Positions 1 through 9,851 of a stretch of 32,000 bases of DNA are shown here, in pieces (positions within the stretch are counted from its first letter, which is position 1; each line of letters starts with the position of its first letter). The notes below the pieces were generated by a model, which saw only the letters and a program-made list of their open reading frames with translations, made no database searches and was not told where the DNA came from. The stretch spans positions 1 through 32,000 of the forward strand of contig JAFUTP010000028.1 in assembly GCA_017484165.1 (NCBI GenBank), in the 5' to 3' direction. This DNA is from Cardiobacteriaceae bacterium (GTDB lineage Bacteria; Pseudomonadota; Gammaproteobacteria; Cardiobacteriales; Cardiobacteriaceae). The position numbers and the translations under genes are program-made.

Positions 1-1
1 C

Positions 2-607
2 TCAACATTTTCGTCAGTTGATGATAGCTTCGGCGAATCAGTTGCATCTGCAAAATATGCAACAGAGGTAAGTTTATCAGCATTAGCAGTGTTAAATGGT
101 GCTGGCGAACTCGCAACCCTCGCAAGAACTGGAAAAACTGCAGAAAAAATAGTAAAGAGTGCAGATAATTTTGCAGAAGGGGTGGGGAAATCACCCGCAA
201 CAGAAGCACAAAAAGCACGGCAGATTGATATAAATGCTGGTCTTGATGGCGAGATGGCGGGGCAACCTATTCAACTACACTCTTTAAGCAATTACGAAGC
301 TCGCGTCTGGTATCTAGAACAGGAAAGAAATATTCCAAATTTGCTTGATAAATCCGCTTCCTTAAAAACACAATCGCAACAAGCTGTTGAAGCGCGCAAT
401 GAAATCAGAACTGCTGCAAGAGAACTGATGGCTGATAGAGTAGAAGCCGAAAGGTTATACCGAGAAGAACCAAATCGCGATTGGGATTATTTTGCTGATA
501 AATATTCAAAACAAGGATATTCTGGCGATGCGTTATACCAAAAAATAATTGATAGCTCTCAAAAATCCCGAAAAGAGGTCAATGAAAAATTGGGAATTAC
601 GAAATGA
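2..607 (+). CDS. C-terminal part of a large polymorphic toxin/adhesin-type protein (5' truncated by window edge); C-terminal candidate toxin domain after the junction motif DNFAEGVGK
   Basis: The frame stays open upstream of the annotated GTG at 89 to base 2 (STFSSVDDSFGESVASAKYATEVSLSALAVLNGAGE...). It is followed by a 4-nt overlapping small ORF and then a second module with the same junction sequence. Confidence 0.65.
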   Translation, partial: STFSSVDDSFGESVASAKYATEVSLSALAVLNGAGELATLARTGKTAEKIVKSADNFAEGVGKSPATEAQKARQIDINAGLDGEMAGQPIQLHSLSNYEARVWYLEQERNIPNLLDKSASLKTQSQQAVEARNEIRTAARELMADRVEAERLYREEPNRDWDYFADKYSKQGYSGDALYQKIIDSSQKSRKEVNEKLGITK

Positions 608-951
608 AACCAATACAAATTATTGAAACATTCGATCGGAAAAATAACAGATTTATATTATCTATTTGTCATATTGATTACGATGTTAGTGATACAGTCG
701 CCCAAATAATGTCTAACAAATACGGTGATATTATCACAGAGAAGTTGGACAATCTTTGGGGGACTTTAATCATTATGCAAAGTAATGAGTTCAAATATGT
801 AATTTCCTATGATGAAGATTATAGAGATAATGAACTACATATTTCCTACAATGAAAATTATATAGATAATAAAAACACGATCTTTCATAATGAATTAAAA
901 AATAAATTAGTGGCTATCACTGACGAGCTAAATTTAGCCTTAAATCAGTAG
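604..951 (+). CDS. candidate immunity protein for the upstream toxin C-terminus
   Basis: 115-aa acidic protein whose ATG overlaps the toxin stop codon (ATGA, 604-607). The arrangement is typical of toxin/immunity pairs. Confidence 0.6.
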   Translation: MKPIQIIETFDRKNNRFILSICHIDYDVSDTVAQIMSNKYGDIITEKLDNLWGTLIIMQSNEFKYVISYDEDYRDNELHISYNENYIDNKNTIFHNELKNKLVAITDELNLALNQ

Positions 952-956
952 TAACA

Positions 957-990
957 TACAAGCGTAAGTTTTCTTACGCTTGTACTTTAT
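957..990 (+). terminator. Rho-independent-like terminator after the first toxin/immunity pair
   Basis: Perfect 12-bp stem TACAAGCGTAAG-TTTT-CTTACGCTTGTA (957-984) followed by a T-rich stretch. Confidence 0.6.
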
Positions 991-1043
991 TTAATTTTTC
1001 TAAAAAAAAATTATGAAATAAATAGACAAATACACAAAATGGC

Positions 1044-1520
1044 GAAGATAATCTTGCAGAAGGGGTGGGGAAAAATGCTGGGAAGATTGAGAATATTTCT
1101 CCAACACCAGCGGTTGATAACATTCCCGCCTCCAGACCTGATTTTTATGTCAAACCAAATGGGGATGTTATTCCGAGCACGGGGTATCGCTATATGAAAA
1201 GCGAGCACGCGAAGAAAACTATGGAAACTATGTCTGCTCCTGGTAGTTACTTTGGATTTACAAAATATGAAACAGGCAGTGCAGCACGCGATGCTTAGCA
1301 AATCGCCCCGCAATGGAGTGATGCAAGATTGCGGGGTGAATTTGATACCTTACAGGTTATAGATGATATGCGAGTTCCTAGAACTTTTGGTGATCAAGGT
1401 CCTGATTTAGAACCTTTTACAACATCATATCCAGAGTATGGCAAAGGAGGACAGCAGCAGTTTATATATGATAAAGGTGATATTAAATTTATCAAGGTTG
1501 ATTTGTTGGAGGATGAATGA
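1044..1520 (+). pseudogene. orphan polymorphic-toxin C-terminal module, interrupted by one in-frame TAG
   Basis: The same frame runs from EDNLAEGVGKNAGK... through ...KYETGSAARDA-TAG(1296-1298)-QIAPQWSDARLRGEFDTLQVIDDMRVPRTFGDQG...VDLLEDE to the stop at 1518-1520. It has no clear start codon, and begins with the same DNA junction as the module at 164-190. Confidence 0.6.
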
Positions 1521-1750
1521 CCAATAATTCACTTGAAATTGCTGAACAGCTTTTATATTTGCTTCAAAAATACTCTCCCAACAAAAAAGAAATAATAAGC
1601 GAGATTGAGCAAAATAAAAATAATTTTAATACATATCTGCCTGAATATATAAAGCATTGTCTAGCAGAAATAGATAGGGCAAATAATCTACATACAAACT
1701 ATTCTTCTGAAGATTTAAAAATAGTTAGAAGTCTAGGCTCTTTTCTATAA
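1517..1750 (+). CDS. candidate immunity protein of the orphan toxin module
   Basis: 77-aa intact ORF. Its ATG overlaps the toxin module stop (ATGA 1517-1520). Confidence 0.5.
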   Translation: MTNNSLEIAEQLLYLLQKYSPNKKEIISEIEQNKNNFNTYLPEYIKHCLAEIDRANNLHTNYSSEDLKIVRSLGSFL

Positions 1751-1788
1751 AACAATAAAAGCAGAGTTTTTCTCCGCTTTTATTCTGT
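1751..1788. terminator. terminator shared by convergent genes
   Basis: Imperfect stem AATAAAAGCAGAG-TTTTT-CTCCGCTTTTATT between convergent ORFs. Confidence 0.5.
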
Positions 1789-1803
1789 CAATCAATCATT
1801 CCA

Positions 1804-2604
1804 TCAAGCTCTTATTTTTTCCAATATTTTCTGATGTAATTCAATATCTTCGGTTTTATTTTCTATTTTCTTCCAGCTAAAACCAGTGTTATTTTTTTGT
1901 ATCAACAGCATGATTTTTTCAGCGGCTTGGTCTAACTCCTCGTCTTTATTTTTAGCTTGGGACGAAGTTTGATTTTCTACTTCTACAAATCTTTTTTCAG
2001 CTCTATTTTCAGTTGTATTTTCAACTTGATTTTCCGCGAAGAGATTATGTTGCCCGCCCGTTAATTTCAGCCAAACTTTTAGCAGCAATTTGCTATCTAA
2101 TAAAGCACCGTGTCCTTCGCTTTCGCGTTCGCTGGTATCGATGTTGTAATACTTACACAGTGCATCGAGGTTATGTTTTTTGATGTCTTTAAGACTTTGG
2201 CGGGCAATTTTCAAACTATCGGTAATGACAAAACGCGGCTCGATGAGTTTTAATTTTGACTTGGCGCGCTTTAATTCAGTATTCATAAAACATTGGTCGA
2301 AAGCAATATTGTGCGCGATGATTTCATCGACTTCGGGGTCGTCAAAAAATTCTTCAATCTGGGCAAGCTGCTCGGCAAAACTCGGTTTATCGGCTAAAAA
2401 CTCATTAGTTATTTGGTGAATGCGGATAACTTCCTCATCCATTTTTATTTTCGGTTTGAAGAATAAATGCAACTCTTCACCCGTCGGACGGCGATCTTGG
2501 ATTTTTATCGCACCAAGTTCGACAATGTAATGACCTTTCGCGACATCATTTCTATCTCCTCGAAACATACCAGTTGTTTCGGTATCGAAGATTATTTTTT
2601 TCAT
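1804..2604 (-). CDS. dnaQ: DNA polymerase III epsilon subunit (3'-5' exonuclease)
   Basis: MKKIIFDTETTG... ExoI motif, HNIAFDxxF ExoII, and a GHGALLDSKLL ExoIII-like motif. Confidence 0.92.
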   Translation of the reverse strand: MKKIIFDTETTGMFRGDRNDVAKGHYIVELGAIKIQDRRPTGEELHLFFKPKIKMDEEVIRIHQITNEFLADKPSFAEQLAQIEEFFDDPEVDEIIAHNIAFDQCFMNTELKRAKSKLKLIEPRFVITDSLKIARQSLKDIKKHNLDALCKYYNIDTSERESEGHGALLDSKLLLKVWLKLTGGQHNLFAENQVENTTENRAEKRFVEVENQTSSQAKNKDEELDQAAEKIMLLIQKNNTGFSWKKIENKTEDIELHQKILEKIRA

Positions 2605-2643
2605 CTATATTCCTTTAATACTTATTCAAATTTATATAAAAAC

Positions 2644-2913
2644 CTATTCCGTAACTTTTGCAATTTCCATATCATCTTCTGCCTGTGCCAAACAGGGCAA
2701 AATTTCCCCATCACGGATATATGCAAGAGTGCTATCACGGTAAGAATATTTTCCCTGCACAAGGCGCATTCGGCAATGCCCGCAATAACCTTGACGGCAT
2801 TGATATTCACAAGGAATATCCGCGTTTTCCATTGCTTCCAATAAAGTTTCTTCGCGGGAAATATAAATTCTTCTATCCGCGATTTTTAAGCTATAAGTAG
2901 TTTGATTAGTCAT
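2644..2913 (-). CDS. 2Fe-2S ferredoxin (YfaE-like)
   Basis: 89-aa protein with plant-type ferredoxin cysteine motif CRQGYCGHC...LPCLAQ. Confidence 0.85.
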   Translation of the reverse strand: MTNQTTYSLKIADRRIYISREETLLEAMENADIPCEYQCRQGYCGHCRMRLVQGKYSYRDSTLAYIRDGEILPCLAQAEDDMEIAKVTE

Positions 2914-2936
2914 TTTTGTGAATGTATCAATTTTTT

Positions 2937-3056
2937 GGCGTATCTAAAATTAGCTTTAGTTCTATTTTTTTACTCTTATCATCCTGAACGCAGCGAAGGA
3001 ACTACCGATAGAGATTTTTCGCCTACGGCTCAAAATGACGAATTTTTAGACACCAC
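2937..3056 (-). repeat. MITE-like intergenic element, copy 1 (reverse orientation)
   Basis: GGCGTATCTAAAATTAG...TCATCCTGAACGCAGCGAAGG...GATTTTTCGCCTACGGCTCAAAATGACGAA...TAGACACC. It matches the reverse complement of the copies near 4.5 and 6.8 kb. Confidence 0.75.
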
Positions 3057-3095
3057 TTTTATAACTTTCGATTTGACGATTAAATTTTATTTTTT

Positions 3096-4427
3096 ATGTG
3101 CAAAGAACTTCTTCCCACAATCCAACTTGCTCTACCGATGATTTATGCGCAACTGTTAGGTTATTCGCAGGCGGTGGTTGATACGGTTATGGCGGGGCGG
3201 CATAACTCGCTGACTTTGGCAGCGGTATCGCTTGCCTCGCAATTATTTGCTTTGATTTACTTGCTTTTTAACGGTATTGCGATTGGTTTTGCCGCGCAAT
3301 TTTCCCGTTATAACGGAGCTGATGACCGCTCAAATTTGCGCTTTTGTTTTCATCAGGGCTTATTTATTTTTACCGCGATTGCGGTTTTATGTGCATTTTT
3401 AATTTATCTCGCGGCATTTTTACCGCCTTTTTTCGGCACAAAACCAGAAATTGCCCGCGAATGCAAAAACTATCTTTTAATTTTGGCTATCCCCGCAGGA
3501 GTTTTGATGTTTGCTTCGATTGGCAGCGCATTTTTGCAGGGGATGGCATATCCGCGCAGCGTCAATATTTTGATGACCGCCCTACTTCCCGTAAACATCC
3601 TCGGTAACTGGATTTTTTTATCTTTTACCGATTTAGAAGCGGCAGGAATGGCGATTGCCACGGGAATTTGTTATTTGCTCTACGCCATCGTTTTATTCAC
3701 AATACTTGCCAAATCGCCCAAGTGGAAGATTTATCACCTCTTCCGTGCTCCGTTTATTTTCGATCGCCGTGCCTGCCTACGGTTTTTACTGCTTGGTTTA
3801 CCGATTGGCATTGCAATTGTGCTGGAAGCGGGATTGTTTTCCTTTATCGGGATTATGGCTAGCCGTGAAACCGCGGAAATCACTTCGGCAAATCAAATTG
3901 CGGTGAATTTCATTTCAATAATTTTTATGGTGCCGCTTGGTATTTCTTCGGCACTGACAATCCGTGTTGCGCACGCTTTCGGGCAGAAAAATTATCAGGC
4001 GGTAAAAAATCGCGCAATTGGCGGACTGTTACTGAGCGCTGGTTTTATGAGCTTTGCCGCTTTAATGAATTTTCTCTTGCGGCAAGAAATCGCCGCGATT
4101 TACACCGCCGATGCCGTAATTATTGTTCTCGCGGCAAAAATAATGCTGGTTGCTTGCGTATTTCAGATTTTGGACGGAGTGCAAGTTGCCTCTTCGGGGA
4201 TTTTGCGTGGGCTTGCTGATACCGCAATTTTGATGCGTTTTGCGATTTTCGGTTATTGGATTGTCGGTCTGCCCGTCGGTTTGATTTTTGCTTATGGCTT
4301 GAATTATGGAATTCTCGGACTCTGGATTGGCTGCGCGCTGGGACTGGGAATATTTGCGGTTTTAGCATTAGGGCGAGTTTTCAAGCAAATCAATAAATTA
4401 GCGAGCGTGTCAAATTCGTCATTTTGA
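3096..4427 (+). CDS. MATE family multidrug efflux transporter (NorM-like)
   Basis: 443-aa polytopic protein: LPTIQLALPMIYAQLLGYSQAVVDTVMAGR..., with the typical MATE repeat organisation. GTG start. Confidence 0.88.
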   Translation: MCKELLPTIQLALPMIYAQLLGYSQAVVDTVMAGRHNSLTLAAVSLASQLFALIYLLFNGIAIGFAAQFSRYNGADDRSNLRFCFHQGLFIFTAIAVLCAFLIYLAAFLPPFFGTKPEIARECKNYLLILAIPAGVLMFASIGSAFLQGMAYPRSVNILMTALLPVNILGNWIFLSFTDLEAAGMAIATGICYLLYAIVLFTILAKSPKWKIYHLFRAPFIFDRRACLRFLLLGLPIGIAIVLEAGLFSFIGIMASRETAEITSANQIAVNFISIIFMVPLGISSALTIRVAHAFGQKNYQAVKNRAIGGLLLSAGFMSFAALMNFLLRQEIAAIYTADAVIIVLAAKIMLVACVFQILDGVQVASSGILRGLADTAILMRFAIFGYWIVGLPVGLIFAYGLNYGILGLWIGCALGLGIFAVLALGRVFKQINKLASVSNSSF

Positions 4428-4658
4428 GCCGCAGGCGAAAAATCTCTATCGGCAGATCCTTCGCGACATTCAGGATGACGAGTGGGCGTATCTACAAAAT
4501 TCGTCATTTTGAGCCGCAGGCGAAAAATCTCTCGGCAGATCCTTCGCTACATTCAGGATGACGAGTGGGCGTATCTACAAAATTCGTCATTTTGAGCCGC
4601 AGGCGAAAAATCTCTATCGTCAGATCCTTCGCGACATTCAGGATGACGAGGGCATACG
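4404..4658 (+). repeat. MITE-like element, copy 2, with the core present as three tandem units (4416-4481, 4501-4564, 4584-4649)
   Basis: TCGTCATTTTGAGCCGCAGGCGAAAAATCTCTATCGGCAGATCCTTCG...ATTCAGGATGACGAG occurs three times at periods of 85 and 83 bp, joined by TGGGCGTATCTACAAAAT. Confidence 0.85.
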
Positions 4659-4667
4659 CTCCTATAA

Positions 4668-6782
<2,115 letters not shown>

Positions 6783-6785
<3 letters not shown>

Positions 6786-6902
6786 TGGCGTGTCTCGTCA
6801 TTTTGAGCCATAGGCGAAAAATCTCTTATCGGCAGATCCTTCACTGCGTTCAGGATGACGAAGGTGAAAAATAGAACTAGCCTAAATTTAGATACGCGCT
6901 TA
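6783..6902 (+). repeat. MITE-like element, copy 3
   Basis: Termini TAATGGCGTGTCT / AGATACGCGCTTA are imperfect inverted repeats. Core TCGTCATTTTGAGCCATAGGCGAAAAATCTC...GTTCAGGATGACGA. Confidence 0.8.
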
Positions 6903-6923
6903 AAAGATAGGAAAACAATATTT

Positions 6924-7931
6924 ATGAATAAACAGGAATTCTTCCGTCAAATCCTCCGCGGCAAAGCAAATTCCCCCCGCGACAATGCAACGGCATTTGC
7001 TCCTAGCAATATCGCGCTGGCGAAATATTGGGGAAAACGCGACACAGAATTAAATCTACCGTGTAATTCCAGTATTTCCATTTCGCTTGGCAGCCTCGGC
7101 ACAAAAACTACTTTGCGCGCAAGTAATCAAGACCGCGTCGTGCTAAACGGCGAAGAAATCCCGTTAGATAAGCCGTTTGCGGCAAAAATCATCAATTTTT
7201 TAGATTATTTCCGCGCAAATCTCTGGCAAGGCGCAATGGAAGTCATCACCGAAAACAATATTCCTACCGCCGCAGGACTTGCATCAAGTGCATCAGGTTT
7301 TGCCGCCCTCACGCTCGCAGCAAATGATTTTTGGAATTTAGATTTAGATACAAAAACGCTTTCCGCAATCGCCCGTATCGGTAGCGGCTCGGCAGCTCGC
7401 TCTTTTTGGCAAGGTTTTGTGAAATGGCAGCGCGGCAAAAATCCAGACGGATTGGATTCATACGCCGAACCACTTGCGCTAGCAGAAAATTCTCCCAGCC
7501 GCAATCTTCGTCTTGCTCTGGTCAAAATCGATGAGAAAGCGAAAAAAAATCCTAGCCGCGACGCAATGATTCATAGTGCCAAAACTTCACCGTATTTTTC
7601 AGCTTGGATTGCAACCGCCGAAATAGAACTTCACAAAATCGAAGCGGCAATAACTAGCGGTAATATCCAAGAACTCCTCCAACTTGCCGAAAGTAATGCA
7701 CTTGCGATGCACGCGGTAATGCTTGCCTCCCGCCCAAGTCTGCTTTATTTACAAGCAGAAAGCATCGTGGCAATCAAGAAAGTTTGGGATTTACGAGAAC
7801 ATGGCGCGGAAATATTTTTCACCATCGATGCAGGACCAAATCTGAAATTACTCTTCGAAGAAAATGCGGATACCAGAGCAATAATCGAAAACAACTTTCC
7901 CTCGGCAATATTTGTCAATCCCTTTGCATAA
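6924..7931 (+). CDS. mvaD: diphosphomevalonate decarboxylase
   Basis: SNIALAKYWGKRDTELNLPCNSSISISLG and TAAGLASSASGFAALTLAA signatures (GHMP family). The true start is likely ATG 6924, because the upstream extension of the ORF lies in repeat copy 3. Confidence 0.9.
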   Translation: MNKQEFFRQILRGKANSPRDNATAFAPSNIALAKYWGKRDTELNLPCNSSISISLGSLGTKTTLRASNQDRVVLNGEEIPLDKPFAAKIINFLDYFRANLWQGAMEVITENNIPTAAGLASSASGFAALTLAANDFWNLDLDTKTLSAIARIGSGSAARSFWQGFVKWQRGKNPDGLDSYAEPLALAENSPSRNLRLALVKIDEKAKKNPSRDAMIHSAKTSPYFSAWIATAEIELHKIEAAITSGNIQELLQLAESNALAMHAVMLASRPSLLYLQAESIVAIKKVWDLREHGAEIFFTIDAGPNLKLLFEENADTRAIIENNFPSAIFVNPFA

Positions 7932-8035
7932 ATAACGGACAAAATTGCAAATAAAATCAACAGACAAATTGAAATTTGCTTAATTCAAGCCATTTTTCAA
8001 ATATTTTTTATTTATTCATTTACGGAGACAAAACT

Positions 8036-9367
8036 ATGCAGAAAAAACTTTTAGCAATACTTCTTCTAGGCGCGGTCGCTATGAGCGTGCAAGCGCAAAA
8101 TCAGGAAAATAGCGAACCAGCCGCAACCGCAAATCCACAAACAGAAGCCGAAATTCAAGCAAAAATCGAAAAAGGCGAACCAACTATCAACGCCACACAA
8201 AAAGAATTAGAACTGCCTTCCAACGAAGAAGTTCCATCAAAAACCGATATCAATCCCAAAAAATCTAACGAAATCGACACTAACCGTCCGCCAAGATCAA
8301 TTTTCAAAAATAAAGCAGAAATTGACAACTATGTGGCTGCCGAAAAGGTTATCGAAGCAATCAAAGAAACCAAAACCGCAGAAGAAGCTGCCGATGTTGT
8401 AGTCGCAATCAAAAGCACCGAAAACGCAATCGAAGCAGCCGAAGCAATTGAGGCAATCAAAAATCCTGACAATGTGCCAGCTGCAACAGCAGAAACCGCC
8501 CCTGCTAAAGAAGCCGTTCAAAATCAAATTCCAAATACTGAAGCCGCAAAAACAGATGCGGTAGAACCAGCAGCGCAAGTGGAAAAACTCGAACAAGCAC
8601 CTGAACAAAAAGCCGTTACTAATACGGAAGAAGCCCCAGCGGAAGAGTTAGTTCCAAACGCGCAAGATTTAGGCATTCCCGCCCCAGAATTTGACAAAAA
8701 ACTCATCAACAAAAAAGCACAGGATTACAAAGAAGAATTCAAATTCACCGCCGACAAAGAACCGCAAACTTTGTATTTCTCTGCCGAAGGTAAATTGACC
8801 GACAAACCAGATGAAAAAGGTTATTACCGCCAAGTTTTAGGTAAAGATGAAAACGGCTTACTCGTCGCACAAGATTTTTATCAAGACACAAAAACCCCGC
8901 AAACTAATAAATTCCTCGTGCGCAAAGGCGGAAAAGTCGAAGATTTCTCAGTAAGCGAAAATCAAGGTTTAGTTGCTTGGTATAACCGTAAGGGAATTTT
9001 GACCAGTGCCTTAATTCTCGATGAAGAATCAAATCCACTCACAATGCAAGCGCATTACAAAAACGGTAAGTTAATCGCACAAGTCGATACTCGTTCGCAA
9101 GTTTTCTATTACGACGACGGCACAACTATCCTCGGATATATCGTCGAAACACCAGAAGGCAGAAGCGATTTAACCCTCTTCCGCACCGACGGCAAAGCTT
9201 ATGCCAGATTTGTGCTCGCTGACGGTGAATTCGTGCGCGGCGAAACTAAATTCTGGAATCAAAGCGGCGAATTAACTCTTCCAGATGAGAAAAACGCCGA
9301 AAGCACCGCACAATTGATGCAAAAAGTTTTCCAAATTATTGATGACATTCAAAATGCGGAAAACTAA
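8036..9367 (+). CDS. secreted protein with low-complexity Ala/Glu-rich N-terminal half and a YwqK/MORN-like C-terminal half
   Basis: Signal peptide MQKKLLAILLLGAVAMSVQAQ, then Ala/Glu/Lys-rich low complexity, then repeated DGK/YxxxGxL-type strands (AWYNRKGILT, AHYKNGKLIA). Confidence 0.55.
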   Translation: MQKKLLAILLLGAVAMSVQAQNQENSEPAATANPQTEAEIQAKIEKGEPTINATQKELELPSNEEVPSKTDINPKKSNEIDTNRPPRSIFKNKAEIDNYVAAEKVIEAIKETKTAEEAADVVVAIKSTENAIEAAEAIEAIKNPDNVPAATAETAPAKEAVQNQIPNTEAAKTDAVEPAAQVEKLEQAPEQKAVTNTEEAPAEELVPNAQDLGIPAPEFDKKLINKKAQDYKEEFKFTADKEPQTLYFSAEGKLTDKPDEKGYYRQVLGKDENGLLVAQDFYQDTKTPQTNKFLVRKGGKVEDFSVSENQGLVAWYNRKGILTSALILDEESNPLTMQAHYKNGKLIAQVDTRSQVFYYDDGTTILGYIVETPEGRSDLTLFRTDGKAYARFVLADGEFVRGETKFWNQSGELTLPDEKNAESTAQLMQKVFQIIDDIQNAEN

Positions 9368-9398
9368 TTTTTGAACTTAAATAATTCATTTGAAGAAA

Positions 9399-9433
9399 TA
9401 AAAAATCCCCGTTTTAAGACGGGGTTTTTTATT
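9399..9433. terminator. bidirectional Rho-independent terminator
   Basis: AAAAAATCCCCGT-TTTAAG-ACGGGGTTTTTT between convergent genes. Confidence 0.85.
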
Positions 9434-9434
9434 T

Positions 9435-9848
9435 TTATCTTGTTGCTAAGAATCCAAAAAATCCAATTAAAAAGAAAATGACAAAAAAGAGAACATAAGC
9501 CAATTTATACAAACCATACAATCTAATAATTCTTACTTGCCGCAAAAGTATTTGTTCTATTTGTTCGGCTGAAAAATTTTCTATTCCACGATCGCATTCT
9601 TTGGCATATTTTCGAAAACATGCATAAATGTAATAAAGAATAACTAGCAAAATAAATACACCAATAATTGCTGTATACATACCTATGGAATCACTCTCAT
9701 AGAATTCTTTAGCTATTTTTCCTCCCGACAAGGCGGCTAAAACAGTTCCAAGAAAAACAAGAAATGAAGCAGCAAAAAATAGCCCCCAAAGCCAAGAACA
9801 AACTCTTGACCAAAACGCAGCTTTAGTGAGATGTTTTCTGAATTCCAC
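9435..9848 (-). CDS. small membrane protein, hypothetical
   Basis: 137-aa ORF with three to four hydrophobic segments. It is adjacent to a topologically similar ORF. Confidence 0.6.
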   Translation of the reverse strand: MEFRKHLTKAAFWSRVCSWLWGLFFAASFLVFLGTVLAALSGGKIAKEFYESDSIGMYTAIIGVFILLVILYYIYACFRKYAKECDRGIENFSAEQIEQILLRQVRIIRLYGLYKLAYVLFFVIFFLIGFFGFLATR

Positions 9849-9851
9849 AAT

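Noticed and set aside
957-984. Inverted ACAAGCGTAAG as a possible DNA-uptake signal pair
   Set aside because: I did not see further copies of this sequence in the window. A normal transcription terminator explains the hairpin.
1011-1313. 100-aa minus-strand ORF over the orphan toxin module
   Set aside because: It is antisense to the toxin frame that continues across 1296-1298, and it shows no independent coding evidence.
1065-1520. Programmed frameshift or selenocysteine/pyrrolysine recoding in the orphan toxin
   Set aside because: Both halves are in the same frame, so no frameshift is needed. There is no visible recoding element next to the TAG. A simple nonsense mutation is more economical.
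4416-4649. Possible CRISPR array (regularly spaced repeats)
   Set aside because: The repeated unit is ~66 bp with ~17-20 bp nearly identical joints, not short repeats with unique 30-40 bp spacers. Single copies also occur elsewhere as MITE-like elements.
8297-8712. Cys/Phe-rich minus-strand ORFs (8297-8608, 8524-8712)
   Set aside because: Antisense translation of the Ala/Glu/Lys-rich low-complexity region gives artificial Cys/Phe/Ser repeats.
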